A stretch of 64,000 nucleotides of DNA from Desulfobacterales bacterium (GCA_963674755.2 CAXXVS010000003.1:1344001-1408000), one strand, 5' to 3'; positions 22,529 through 32,425 are shown, counted from the first letter of the stretch. The notes: generated by a model not told the origin, from the letters alone. A program made the numbers and translations.

Positions 22529-23101
22529 CTATTTGAATGCGGCGTGGCAGTCCTTTTTCAGCTGATCGATGTCGGCACAGGCCGCCTTGAACGCCTCCCA
22601 GCGTTTGGCCTCGAAAGCTTCCGCCAGTCGGCGGCAGGCTTCACGATAGGCGGAATAACAGGATTCGCCGTATTTTTCACCTGGAAAGGACATCATCAAT
22701 CCGGAATCGGATAGGAAGGCGTTCATGATGGCCGGCTCCGGAAGTTTTTGAGCCGCGAGGGATTCCCCGATGTCCCGGAAGGATGATTTCAGTCTTTTCT
22801 TCAGCGATTTGTAGTTGACCTCAGGTTGTGCGGCCGGGGCGGCGTTCTCCTCTCCGTGCGCGCCGCTGCATTCCGCTTCCGGATTCTCCGGCGGTTCGGC
22901 TTTGATCTTGATCTTTATCTCCCAGCCATTGTCCCGGGCCTTGCCCCTGACTTCCAGCTTGACGATGGGCTCGGGCAGATCGGCCAGTTCGGCGGGCAGG
23001 CCATCGGTCTGCTTCTCAAGCGCATGGGCCAGCTGGCGCAGATAGGACGGCAGGTTTTCAAACGGCATTTCCTGTTTTATTTTGCGTTCCGAAGCTTTCA
23101 T
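22529..23101 (-). CDS. GAK-system XXXCH-domain protein with amphi-Trp-like N-terminus
   Basis: YKSLKKRLKSSF helix and C-terminal LKKDCHAAFK; divergent from the GAK operon. Confidence 0.8.
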   Translation of the reverse strand: MKASERKIKQEMPFENLPSYLRQLAHALEKQTDGLPAELADLPEPIVKLEVRGKARDNGWEIKIKIKAEPPENPEAECSGAHGEENAAPAAQPEVNYKSLKKRLKSSFRDIGESLAAQKLPEPAIMNAFLSDSGLMMSFPGEKYGESCYSAYREACRRLAEAFEAKRWEAFKAACADIDQLKKDCHAAFK

Positions 23102-23384
23102 GGTCTTCCCCCATTTTCCCAGTCTGATTTCCATGACCCGACAGGGCTTGCCGGAACGTTGCGGTCCCATTGCGATCCGTGCCCTGAGGTTTCTTCCCGT
23201 CGGAGGTCGTCTGCTGCCCGCCTTCTGCAAGAAACCGTCTTTTTTGGTCGAGCCCCGATTGGCAGTGCACTCCTATTTGCCTGCCGCTGGTTAGATTGGC
23301 ATTAGGACGGGCCATCAGAGAGAGACATCAGAAAAATTTGTTATTCTAGCACGGCGCTAACATGGAGCGAGCAAATTCGATGCT

Positions 23385-24626
23385 TTGGAAATAATTCATA
23401 CGCAAACACAGGTGGCCCAAGATGCATCGCCCGAACTTCGATCCGCTAGGTTTCGCCCAATGACCCGGTTACAAGCGCCCCAAAAAACCGAATGGTTTTC
23501 AGTCATTCCCGATAAGATCCCCGAAGCCGTCACCGAAGGTGATGCCAAGATTTTCGATGCGATTACCGCCGTCCATCTCTCCAAAGTCCAGGAGCAGCGG
23601 ATCAGCGAGCCCGAGCGGGTTTTCCCGCAGCAGGAGAATGTGCTGGCCATCCACTGGCATCCCGAATTCGTCCCCATGCCGCTGATCACCAAGCGTATCG
23701 AGAGCATGTATCCGGACAAGCGTTGCTCATTGGTCATCCCGACCCAGCACAATGCCGTCACCACTTACGGTGACTATGCCGGGGTCGAAGTCGATTGCTA
23801 TTCACGCGGCTTCAACCAAAAGGTTCAGCTCCTGCTGCATTTTGTCAAAGCGCGCCTGGATAGTGCTGATCTGTTCAAGTCCATCTTGGCCCACACCTTC
23901 AAATACCGCTCATCCCAATTGTTTGAATTCATGCATACGATCACCAAACCGGTGGAAGCGCGCATTACCGCGGCGGCGCGGGAAACCGGGGCCAACGAAG
24001 CCCTGATCCGCTTCACGCGTGTCTACGTCAAAAAGATCGAGCAGCTGCTGGCAACCAAGGGTGGGGACCTGCCCCCCGAGATGATCAAGAATAAGATCCT
24101 GCGCAATTTTTTCGATGGATTGCGGGAGCAGTATGGCGATGCCCTTATCGATCGCACCCAAACCTACCTCAAGGCCGTCAAGGCCTGGGTAAAAGCCGAG
24201 TTCCCGCTGCCGTATTTTTACCGGACTTCGGAAGTGATCGAGGAGGCGCGGGCCCTGGGGGCCGGTATCGTCATCCCGCATCCCGAGCAATTCTGGCCCA
24301 TTTTGCTGGCCGACTACGATGTGGATGGCATCGAGGTCTGGAACCCGCAGTCGCGCACCTATACGGAATTTTTAATATCGGTGATCAACCGCAAGAACCG
24401 CTGCGGTGTCGGACTTTCGAAGCGCAACCTTCTGATTTTTATGGGAGACGACACCCATATGGCGGAAAAGACGCGCGATCCTAAGATTCAGGATCCTGAA
24501 AAGGCCTCCCGCGAGATCGGCTTTCAGCCGGCCTGGGAGGATTTCAGCATTCGCAAGGCGCTCATCCGAGCCGATGCCAGTCGCCGCAAGGTCATTCAGG
24601 AATACAAGCAACGCCTGGGGCAGTAG
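23385..24626 (+). CDS. divergent PHP-family metallophosphoesterase-like protein
   Basis: Ordered PHP-like motifs IHWH, TQHN, GVEVDC, IPHP, GIEVWN and GDDTH. Start may be 23460. Confidence 0.65.
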   Translation: MEIIHTQTQVAQDASPELRSARFRPMTRLQAPQKTEWFSVIPDKIPEAVTEGDAKIFDAITAVHLSKVQEQRISEPERVFPQQENVLAIHWHPEFVPMPLITKRIESMYPDKRCSLVIPTQHNAVTTYGDYAGVEVDCYSRGFNQKVQLLLHFVKARLDSADLFKSILAHTFKYRSSQLFEFMHTITKPVEARITAAARETGANEALIRFTRVYVKKIEQLLATKGGDLPPEMIKNKILRNFFDGLREQYGDALIDRTQTYLKAVKAWVKAEFPLPYFYRTSEVIEEARALGAGIVIPHPEQFWPILLADYDVDGIEVWNPQSRTYTEFLISVINRKNRCGVGLSKRNLLIFMGDDTHMAEKTRDPKIQDPEKASREIGFQPAWEDFSIRKALIRADASRRKVIQEYKQRLGQ

Positions 24627-24650
24627 GCATGTGAGGAGGAAGGCGAGGCC

Positions 24651-24917
24651 ATGGCCGATTACGGCAGTTTCGAGTATGAGTCCTACCAGGATCTGGATAC
24701 CATCCAGAAGTTTTTTGAATCGCTCAACCAGGGTTTCGCCAAGGAGCGGATCATCTTCAGCTCGGGCGACGATATCATCGAGCTGGAGCCCAAAAATCTC
24801 CTCAGGTTTTCCGTGCAGGCCAAGAAGAAAGAAGACAAAACCAAACTGAGCATCAAGATTTCCTGGAAAGAAGGTAAGATCAAGGCGACCAAGACCGATC
24901 TGGAAATCGGATCCTGA
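24651..24917 (+). CDS. amphi-Trp domain protein
   Basis: 88 aa; amphipathic helix, IELEP and KLSIKISW with terminal Trp. Confidence 0.85.
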   Translation: MADYGSFEYESYQDLDTIQKFFESLNQGFAKERIIFSSGDDIIELEPKNLLRFSVQAKKKEDKTKLSIKISWKEGKIKATKTDLEIGS

Positions 24918-24920
24918 GTG

Positions 24921-26558
24921 ATGATTACCTTCGAAACCCTTGAAGAAAACCTCAAATTCCTGGTGCTGGAAGTCGAAAGCCAGATTATCTTGACCTTCCG
25001 TCTGCTCAACGATGCCGAGCCGGATTTGCTGGAAAAGGTCAACGCCAAAGATGACTACGTCGACAACTTGAAGACGATCATCGAAAACGAGTGTTTTTCC
25101 CGCCTGCACTGCGAAGCGGGGGAGGGCGCCGATGGGATCAAGATGCTTCGCGCGGCCCAGGCGATTGCCGTCAATCTGGAGCGCATCGCCGATTTTTGCG
25201 TCAATATCGCCCGTCAAACCGAGTATTTGATCGAATTCACCCAGCTGCACCAGTCCAATTTTCAGGAAATGTTCATCCTGATCCAGGAAAGCACCCAACA
25301 TATTCTGCCTGCCCTGCAGAAGCGGGATCTTGCGGAAGCGCTGACGATTTGCCGGTCCGAGCAGCAGCTGGATGAACTCTACAAGGAGAATTTCGACTGG
25401 ATCATGGCCCGCCTGCGAACCGGGCACTATGTCGAGGACCTGATCACCACCCTTTTTATTTTCCGCTATCTGGAGCGCATCGGCGACTCCTTGCTGAACA
25501 TCGGCGAAGCCCTGTTATTCGCCGCCACCGGCGAACGGATCAAGATCGAGCAGTTCGATGCGCTCAAAGCGGTCCTGGCCCACGCCGGTCTGAAAGAACC
25601 GCTGAGCGGGGCGGAATTCAAAGCCATCTGGGGATCGCGCTCGGGCTGTCGGATCGGCCGGGTGGGGATTGCCGATCCGCAATCCGAATCGGTGCAGGGG
25701 CTTTTCAAAGAAGGCAACAAGGCCAAAATCCGCAAGGAAAAGGAAAACATCGAGCAATGGGAGAAAATTCGGCCGGGGCTGGCACCGCGTATTTTGGGCT
25801 ATCGGGAAAACGGCGATAAAGCGTCCATGCTGGTCCAGTTCCTGCCGGGCCTTACCCTGGACGCGGTCATTTTGGGAAGTGATGACAAGACCTTGCAGCA
25901 GGCCATGACCGCCCTTGAAAAAACCCTGCTGGACGTGTGGCAGCACACCCTTGATGTCGAACCGGTCGCAACGGACTACATGGGGCAGCTCAAGACCCGC
26001 CTGGAAACCGTGCGGCGCGTGCATCCCGGCTTCAGACGCATCGGAAAGGCGATCGAAACCTTCGAAATCCGTTCTTCCGAGAAACTCATCGACCGCTGCG
26101 CCGCCATCGAAAAGACCTACCCGGCGCCTTTCAGTATCCAGATTCATGGCGACTTCAATACGAACAATGTCATTTTCAATACCGAAAACGACCACGTCAA
26201 CTATATCGATTTCCACCGCTCCCGGAAGGCCGATTATATCCAGGACGTTTCGGTCTTCCTGGTGTCCAATTTCCGGATGCCGGTCTTCGAGGCCACCCTG
26301 CGGGAGCGTATCAACCAGGTCACCCGCCGCTTTTTTGACTTCAGCCTCCGGTTTGCCCGTCAGCATGACGATCAGGCCTTCGAGCTGCGTCTGGCCCTGG
26401 CCTTGGCCCGTTCGTTTTACACCTCCACCCGTTTCGAGCTGAACCAGACCTTTTCCCATGACATGTTCACCCGCGCCCATTACCTGATGGAAAAAGTGCT
26501 GGACCACCAGAAACCGGCGGATTCCTTTTGCCTGAAACGTGAGGTGCTCTTCTATTGA
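24921..26558 (+). CDS. PhoU-domain / APH-like phosphotransferase fusion
   Basis: PhoU repeats (KDDYVDNL, LERIADFCVNIA, YLERIGDSLLNIGE) followed by IHGDFNTNNV and YIDF kinase motifs. Confidence 0.85.
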   Translation: MITFETLEENLKFLVLEVESQIILTFRLLNDAEPDLLEKVNAKDDYVDNLKTIIENECFSRLHCEAGEGADGIKMLRAAQAIAVNLERIADFCVNIARQTEYLIEFTQLHQSNFQEMFILIQESTQHILPALQKRDLAEALTICRSEQQLDELYKENFDWIMARLRTGHYVEDLITTLFIFRYLERIGDSLLNIGEALLFAATGERIKIEQFDALKAVLAHAGLKEPLSGAEFKAIWGSRSGCRIGRVGIADPQSESVQGLFKEGNKAKIRKEKENIEQWEKIRPGLAPRILGYRENGDKASMLVQFLPGLTLDAVILGSDDKTLQQAMTALEKTLLDVWQHTLDVEPVATDYMGQLKTRLETVRRVHPGFRRIGKAIETFEIRSSEKLIDRCAAIEKTYPAPFSIQIHGDFNTNNVIFNTENDHVNYIDFHRSRKADYIQDVSVFLVSNFRMPVFEATLRERINQVTRRFFDFSLRFARQHDDQAFELRLALALARSFYTSTRFELNQTFSHDMFTRAHYLMEKVLDHQKPADSFCLKREVLFY

Positions 26559-26644
26559 GCGTCCGGCACGGGGAAAATGGGCCTGGCACGGCAGGCGGTT
26601 CATCAGGAGCGGGATTGGGAACACGACGCATGGAAAGGAACGGC

Positions 26645-27523
26645 ATGCAACCAAAAATAGGCGTCGTCGGCACGCCGGGCGGGTGGTCCTCGGAGAAGCT
26701 CGCGGATACGGTGGCCGACATGACAGGCTGCCGTCTCCTGATCGATATGGCCCGCCTGACGCTGGATTTCGTCGACGGCCGGGCCTGGTTCGAAGATACG
26801 GATATCAGCGCTTTGGATGCCCTGATTATCAAGAAGATCGGTGCCTGGTATTCGCCCGATCTTCTTGATCGGTTGGAGATGCTGCGTTTTTTGAACCAGC
26901 GGGGCCTGCCGATTTTTTCTTCACCGTTCAATATCATGCGGGTGTTGGACCGCTTGAGCTGCACAGTTACCTTGCAGCTGGCGGATATCCCCATGCCGCC
27001 CACGACCATCACCGAGGACGTCGATGCGGCCACGGCGGCCGTTGCGCGCTACGGCGAGGCCGTGTTCAAACCCCTCTACTCCACCAAAGCCAAAGGCATG
27101 CTGCTGCTGCGCCACGGGCCGGAGGTGAAGAAAATGGTCGCGGCCTATCATAACGAGAATCCCATCATGTATATCCAGCAAAAATTGGACGTTCCTGGCA
27201 AAGATCTGGGAATCGCCTTTCTAGGGGGCCGGTACCTGACGACCTATGCCAGGGTCAAAGGGCAGGGCGCCTGGAATACCACGACCCGCTCCGGGGGGCA
27301 CTACGCGCCGTTCGAGCCTTCGGCCGACCTGATCGACCTGGCGTATAAGGCCCAGGCGCCTTTCGGCCTGGATTTTACCTGCGTCGATGTGGCCGAAACG
27401 CCGGACGGGCCGATCGTATTCGAAGTATCGGCCTTTGGCGGTTTCCGCGGTATCGAGACGGCCAGCGGCATCGATGCCGCCCGACGCTATGTTGAATTTG
27501 TATTGGAAAGGATCCGGTCATGA
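26645..27523 (+). CDS. GAK-system ATP-grasp ligase (RimK-like)
   Basis: KIGVVGTPGGWSSEKLAD, VFKPLYSTKAKGM, WNTTTRSGG and VFEVSAFGGF; RBS AAAGGAA. Confidence 0.88.
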   Translation: MQPKIGVVGTPGGWSSEKLADTVADMTGCRLLIDMARLTLDFVDGRAWFEDTDISALDALIIKKIGAWYSPDLLDRLEMLRFLNQRGLPIFSSPFNIMRVLDRLSCTVTLQLADIPMPPTTITEDVDAATAAVARYGEAVFKPLYSTKAKGMLLLRHGPEVKKMVAAYHNENPIMYIQQKLDVPGKDLGIAFLGGRYLTTYARVKGQGAWNTTTRSGGHYAPFEPSADLIDLAYKAQAPFGLDFTCVDVAETPDGPIVFEVSAFGGFRGIETASGIDAARRYVEFVLERIRS

Positions 27524-28614
27524 AGGTCTTGTATGAGAGCCGCCAGGCCCTTGTGGCCCGCATCCGGGAGGAACTGCCCGCCGACCGGCCGCTTTATCTG
27601 CGCTTCGGCCGGTGTGTGCTGGCTGTTTATGCCAACCGGACGGAGATCGTCGAGGGCCTGGAACGCTATTTCAAGCCTTTTGTCAGCGAAAGCCGCGATG
27701 CCGCGATCCGGATCAGCGTCCACGACTCGCCGGAATACCGGCTGCCCGTCAACTACACGGTGAAAACGCCCGATCCCGGGAAGACCAAGATCAAGGAAGA
27801 ATATGTCGACCTGGACGATGGCCGCATCGTGCGCAAACGGTTGACCGGTATGCTGTTTGTCTTCGGCGGAGGTCAAAACGTGGCGGTGGGGCCCTGCGGC
27901 GCAAACCTCAACCAGGTCATCAACTTCATCAACAACCGCTATATCGAGTGGCTGTTATGCCAGGCCTGCCTGTTGGGCCATGCCGCCGGGGTGATCCTCA
28001 ACGGCCGGGGACTGGCCCTGGCCGGTTTTTCCGGGGCGGGCAAATCGACCCTGGCCCTGCATCTCATGAACGAAGGGGCCACCTTCATCTCCAACGACCG
28101 GCTGATGATCCAAAAGCGCCAAAACGGATTGGTGATGCACGGCGTGGCCAAAATGCCGCGCATCAACCCGGGCACGGCCCTCAACAACCCTTACCTCAAG
28201 AAAATCATGAGCGCCGAGGAGCAGGATCGTTTCGCATCTTTGCCCGAAGACGCGCTTTGGGACCTGGAGCATAAATACGATGCCCTCATCACGGACTGTT
28301 ATGGCCCGAACCGTTTCGAGCTGCAGGCCGCCATGCGCGGCCTGGTGCTGCTGAACTGGCGGCGTGACGGGGGGGCGACCGAGGTCGTACAGGTGGATCT
28401 GGACGAGCGCCGGGACCTGCTGCCGGCCTTCATGAAAAACGTCGGCCTTTTTTTTCTGCCTGCCCCAAGGTGCCAAATGCCGCCGCCCAAGGAAGAAACA
28501 TATATCGATTTCCTGTCGCGTTGCCGTGTGCTTGAAATCAGAGGCGGGGTCGATTTTGACGTCGCCACCCGGGCGTGTCTGCGGTTCGTTCGCAGCGAAC
28601 CGGAATTGGTATAG
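27520..28614 (+). CDS. HprK-related kinase B (GAK system)
   Basis: LGHAAGV...GFSGAGKSTLA...ISNDRL; ATGA overlap with the ATP-grasp gene. Confidence 0.85.
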   Translation: MKVLYESRQALVARIREELPADRPLYLRFGRCVLAVYANRTEIVEGLERYFKPFVSESRDAAIRISVHDSPEYRLPVNYTVKTPDPGKTKIKEEYVDLDDGRIVRKRLTGMLFVFGGGQNVAVGPCGANLNQVINFINNRYIEWLLCQACLLGHAAGVILNGRGLALAGFSGAGKSTLALHLMNEGATFISNDRLMIQKRQNGLVMHGVAKMPRINPGTALNNPYLKKIMSAEEQDRFASLPEDALWDLEHKYDALITDCYGPNRFELQAAMRGLVLLNWRRDGGATEVVQVDLDERRDLLPAFMKNVGLFFLPAPRCQMPPPKEETYIDFLSRCRVLEIRGGVDFDVATRACLRFVRSEPELV

Positions 28615-28621
28615 GCGGCCC

Positions 28622-29827
28622 GTGCAGATCGAGATCACCCACACCGTTGACCTCCCCGACCCGCGTCGTATGGAGCTCTTGCGCCGCAACCCCGACCTGG
28701 GGCCGCGTATTTTGTTCTTCAGCGGCGGCAACGCCCTGCGCAAGACCAGCGAAGAACTGGTCTACTACACCCACAATTCGATCCATCTCATCACGCCGGT
28801 GGATTCGGGCGGCAGCTCGGCCGTGTTGCGGGAGGCCTTCCAAATGCCGGCCATCGGCGACATTCGCAATCGGCTGATGGCACTGGCCGACCGCGGGTTG
28901 GCCGGCAATCCGGAAATCTTCAGACTCTTCGCCTATCGGCTGCCCCGGACGGCGGACCAGTCAACTCTGGAGGATGAGCTGGCCCAAATGGCCCAGGGGA
29001 ACCATCGCCTGGTGCAACGGGTGCAGGACCCGATGCGCAAGATCGTGCGCAATTTTCTGCAGTCTTTTCTCGAAATGATGTCAGGCGCCGATCTTCCGCA
29101 GCGGTTTGACCTGCGCGGCGCCAGTATCGGCAACCTGATCCTGACGGCCGGCTATCTTATGAACCGCCGGCATTTCGATCCGGCGATCTTTATCTTTTCG
29201 AAGCTGGTCAATGTCCGTGGCACGGTGCGTCCCATCGTCAATGCCAATTTGCATCTGGTGGCGGAATTGGAGGATGGGCAGATTCTCGTCGGGCAACACC
29301 TGTTGACCGGTAAAGAGGTGCCGCCTATCGATGCCCGGGTTAAAACCGTGTTTCTGAGCGAGTCGCGGAAGGCGCCCGTGGCCACCAACCTGTCCATCCG
29401 GGAGAAGATGGACGCGCTTATCCGCTCTGCGGATTTGATCTGCTACCCGATGGGCAGTTTTTACTCCAGCCTGCTGTCGAACGTCATGCTGGGCGGGGTG
29501 GCCAACGCCATCCGGCGCAATCCATGCTCCAAGGTCTTCATTCCCAACACCGGGACCGACCCCGAACTCTTCGGCCACAGCCTGGCCGATCAGGTCGAGA
29601 CCCTGCTGGAAACCCTGAAAAGAGGTGATCCCGTACCTATCGAGGATTCCGACGTCCTTAACTATATTCTTGTGGACGAGCGCAACGGCAATTATCCCGG
29701 CCGCATCGAACGGGACGCGCTGGCCCGCCGGGGAATCCATATGATCAACTGCCGGCTGGTGAGTCTGCGCAGCCAGCCCTACATTGACGAAAAGATGCTG
29801 GTGCCGATCCTGCTGTCGCTTGCCTGA
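28622..29827 (+). CDS. GAK-system CofD/YvcK(UPF0052)-like protein
   Basis: FFSGGNAL, TPVDSGGSS, IGDIRNRL, ASIGNL and ADLICYPMGSFYSSL; GTG start. Confidence 0.88.
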   Translation: MQIEITHTVDLPDPRRMELLRRNPDLGPRILFFSGGNALRKTSEELVYYTHNSIHLITPVDSGGSSAVLREAFQMPAIGDIRNRLMALADRGLAGNPEIFRLFAYRLPRTADQSTLEDELAQMAQGNHRLVQRVQDPMRKIVRNFLQSFLEMMSGADLPQRFDLRGASIGNLILTAGYLMNRRHFDPAIFIFSKLVNVRGTVRPIVNANLHLVAELEDGQILVGQHLLTGKEVPPIDARVKTVFLSESRKAPVATNLSIREKMDALIRSADLICYPMGSFYSSLLSNVMLGGVANAIRRNPCSKVFIPNTGTDPELFGHSLADQVETLLETLKRGDPVPIEDSDVLNYILVDERNGNYPGRIERDALARRGIHMINCRLVSLRSQPYIDEKMLVPILLSLA

Positions 29828-29894
29828 GATGGGGCGCGGCCCGATCGACAATATGCGTATATAAACTGGACATCAACTGAGAGGAGGTAAAACG

Positions 29895-30191
29895 ATGGGG
29901 GACAACAAGATAGGCTACAAACGCATGGTCGACATCAACGAGGCGGTTAGCTATCTGGAGGCGCTGGCCCAGAGTTTGCGGGACGGCCGGATCGTCGTCC
30001 AGCATGGCGAAAAGGCCCTGGAGTTGACACCGCCGACGGTCGTGGGGCTTGAGATCGAGGCCAAACAAAAGAAGGACAAAACCAAATTCGGATTTGAAAT
30101 TGCTTGGAAGTACACGGCGGATCAGGACGGCGGTGAAGCGCTTGAAATTACCTCCGCGGCCGCTGGTGGTGAATTGCCGCCGGAGGCCTGA
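29895..30191 (+). CDS. amphi-Trp domain protein
   Basis: AVSYLEALAQSLRDGRI...LELTP...KFGFEIAW; RBS GAGGAGG. Confidence 0.85.
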   Translation: MGDNKIGYKRMVDINEAVSYLEALAQSLRDGRIVVQHGEKALELTPPTVVGLEIEAKQKKDKTKFGFEIAWKYTADQDGGEALEITSAAAGGELPPEA

Positions 30192-30233
30192 GCGCCGCCA
30201 TCGCGCCGATTGGCAGACCGTTCACATTAAAAG

Positions 30234-30264
30234 GCCGCCCCGTGCTGAGACGGGGCGGCTTTCT
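30234..30264 (+). terminator. intrinsic terminator between the GAK operon and phnW (possibly bidirectional)
   Basis: GCCGCCCCGT-GCTGAG-ACGGGGCGGC followed by TTTCT, with AAAA on the other side. Confidence 0.65.
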
Positions 30265-30401
30265 GCTGGAATGCTTCCACCCCCGGTCAGGCGAAGGACG
30301 CCGGCGGCCCTGAAAATCTCCGCCGGGAGGATCGTTGCCGCTTGGCTGTTTCAGCCGGCGGTGCCAACCAGCGAGGCGGGACGCCTATGGCTGCGCCCCA
30401 T

Positions 30402-31511
30402 TCAAACGGCCCCTATCTGCCCCACGGCCTCGATCAGACGATGGATGTCCGCGGCATGAAGGTCGCCGATATTGCCGATGCGGAAGGTGGCCTGATCGGT
30501 CACTTTACCCGGATAGATCACAAAGCCCCGCGTTTTTAACGCATCATAGAAGCGTTTGAATTCCCAATCCTCCCGGTGGGGATATAGAAAGGCCGTGATG
30601 ATGGGCGATTGCCAGCGGGCCGGCAGCAGCGGCGGGAACCCGTGCCGCTCCATCCCTTCCACCAGAATACGATGATTCTCCGCATAGCGCGCATGCCGGG
30701 CGGCGATGCCGCCCTCGTCTTCCAGTTCGCGCAGGGCCTGGGAAAAGGCCCGCACCACATGGGTGGGTGAGGTGAAGCGCCATTTGCCGCCGTGATCTTC
30801 CATGGTCCGCCACTGGTCGTGGAGATCCAGGCTCAGGGAGCGGGCCTGGCCCGCGGTCGTTGCCAGAACAGACTTGCGCGCGATCACGAATCCGAAACCC
30901 GGGACGCCTTGGATGCATTTGTTGGCGCTGCTGATCAGGTAGTCCGTGCCAATGGCATTCCAATCCAGGGGAATGCCGCCAAAGCTGCTCATGGCATCCA
31001 CGATCAGACATCTGCCACTCGCTTTGACCAGGCGGCCGACCGCTTCGACGGGGTTGAGCATCCCGGTGGTGGTTTCGCAATGGACCACCGCGACATGGGT
31101 GATGGACGAATCGGACTGCAGCGCTGCCTCCAGGAGCTTCAGATCAGGGGGCGCGCATTCGTCGCCCTCCTGGGACAAGTGGTCGAGCCCGCTGCGCCGG
31201 GCGATTTCGACCATCCGTCGTCCATAGGCCCCATTGGCCAGCACCAGCAGTTTGCCCGTGGTCGGCACAGCCGTGGTGAGGGCCGCCTCCACGCAGAAGG
31301 TTCCGCTGCCCTGCATGAGGACGCTGGTAAAGGTATCGCCGGCGCTGGCCAATTGGACGAGGGCTTGCCGGATTTGCTGGACGAGGTCGTTGTAGTCGCG
31401 GTCCCAGGTGCACCAGTCCCGGTGCATGGCAGCCTTCACGGTTTTGGTCGTGCTCAGGGGGCCCGGAGTGAGCAGCAGGTAAGGATTGTCGGGCAGCGAT
31501 TCAGGATTCAT
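30402..31511 (-). CDS. phnW: 2-aminoethylphosphonate-pyruvate transaminase
   Basis: LLLTPGPLSTT, DWCTWD, HCETTTGMLNP, SSANKCIQGVPG, WRFTSPTH and GFVIYPGKV. Confidence 0.95.
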   Translation of the reverse strand: MNPESLPDNPYLLLTPGPLSTTKTVKAAMHRDWCTWDRDYNDLVQQIRQALVQLASAGDTFTSVLMQGSGTFCVEAALTTAVPTTGKLLVLANGAYGRRMVEIARRSGLDHLSQEGDECAPPDLKLLEAALQSDSSITHVAVVHCETTTGMLNPVEAVGRLVKASGRCLIVDAMSSFGGIPLDWNAIGTDYLISSANKCIQGVPGFGFVIARKSVLATTAGQARSLSLDLHDQWRTMEDHGGKWRFTSPTHVVRAFSQALRELEDEGGIAARHARYAENHRILVEGMERHGFPPLLPARWQSPIITAFLYPHREDWEFKRFYDALKTRGFVIYPGKVTDQATFRIGNIGDLHAADIHRLIEAVGQIGAV

Positions 31512-31582
31512 GATCCCCCTTGTCGGGATTAAGGGTTTGACGGCGGCTCCAATGATGGCCATGGGCTGCGGTTGGCTCCGGG

Positions 31583-32425
31583 TCAGGAACCGTTGGGGTG
31601 GTCACCGTTCTTGACGCGCCGGCTGATATCCTCGATCACCGCCAGGCAGTCCCAGATGCCCTCCACCACGAAGTGGGCGCCGGCTTCCCGCATGCGGCCT
31701 TCGATGGCGGACAGCCGCTGCGCCAGTTCTTCACGGGGCAGGGCGTCGGCCTGGGCTTCGGTCAAGCCCAGTTCGTTGCCCGACCGGGTCAGGCCAACCG
31801 TCCACATGCCGGCGTTGCGGCCTTCCGCGACATCGCTGAGCGTATCGCCGATCTTGACCATGGCTTCAAACGGGTGGACCTGGAGCTGGATGGCGTTCTG
31901 GTAGCACATCCAGGGCCAAGGGCGGCCAGCCGGCACATCGGACGCACACACAGTGCAATCCGGTGCGTAGCCGCGTCGGGCGGCTTCCGGGACCAGCACG
32001 TCCATCATCGGTGCCGTATAGCCTGTGCAAGAGCCGATTTTGATGTTCCGGGCCTGCATGGCCTCCACAAAGGGCAGCAGCCCCGGGATGGGGTCGGCGT
32101 GGCTGACAATCGATGCCACCATCATGGGTTCGGTTTTTCCGTAGAGCCTGGCCACGTCGTCTTCGTCCGGCAATCGGCCGTATCGTTCCTGCCATTGTTG
32201 GCCAACCCCGGGCAGCTGGCACATGCTGCGGATATGGTCTTTTTTGGCGATCCCCATGAACTGCCGGGCTTCGGCCGAAGTGACCGTGATGTCGAAGGCC
32301 GCGAACACGCGCACGAAGACGTCGGCCGGTCCCATGCAGCCATAGTCGACTGCCGTCCCGGCCCAGTCCAGAACGACGGCCTTCAGCGGCCCGGTATAAG
32401 GATATTGCGGAATGAAGGCGGACAT
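31583..32425 (-). CDS. phnX: phosphonoacetaldehyde hydrolase
   Basis: HAD motifs LDWAGTAVDYGC, MGIAKKDHI, GRPWPWM and VKIGDT; adjacent to phnW. Confidence 0.95.
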   Translation of the reverse strand: MSAFIPQYPYTGPLKAVVLDWAGTAVDYGCMGPADVFVRVFAAFDITVTSAEARQFMGIAKKDHIRSMCQLPGVGQQWQERYGRLPDEDDVARLYGKTEPMMVASIVSHADPIPGLLPFVEAMQARNIKIGSCTGYTAPMMDVLVPEAARRGYAPDCTVCASDVPAGRPWPWMCYQNAIQLQVHPFEAMVKIGDTLSDVAEGRNAGMWTVGLTRSGNELGLTEAQADALPREELAQRLSAIEGRMREAGAHFVVEGIWDCLAVIEDISRRVKNGDHPNGS

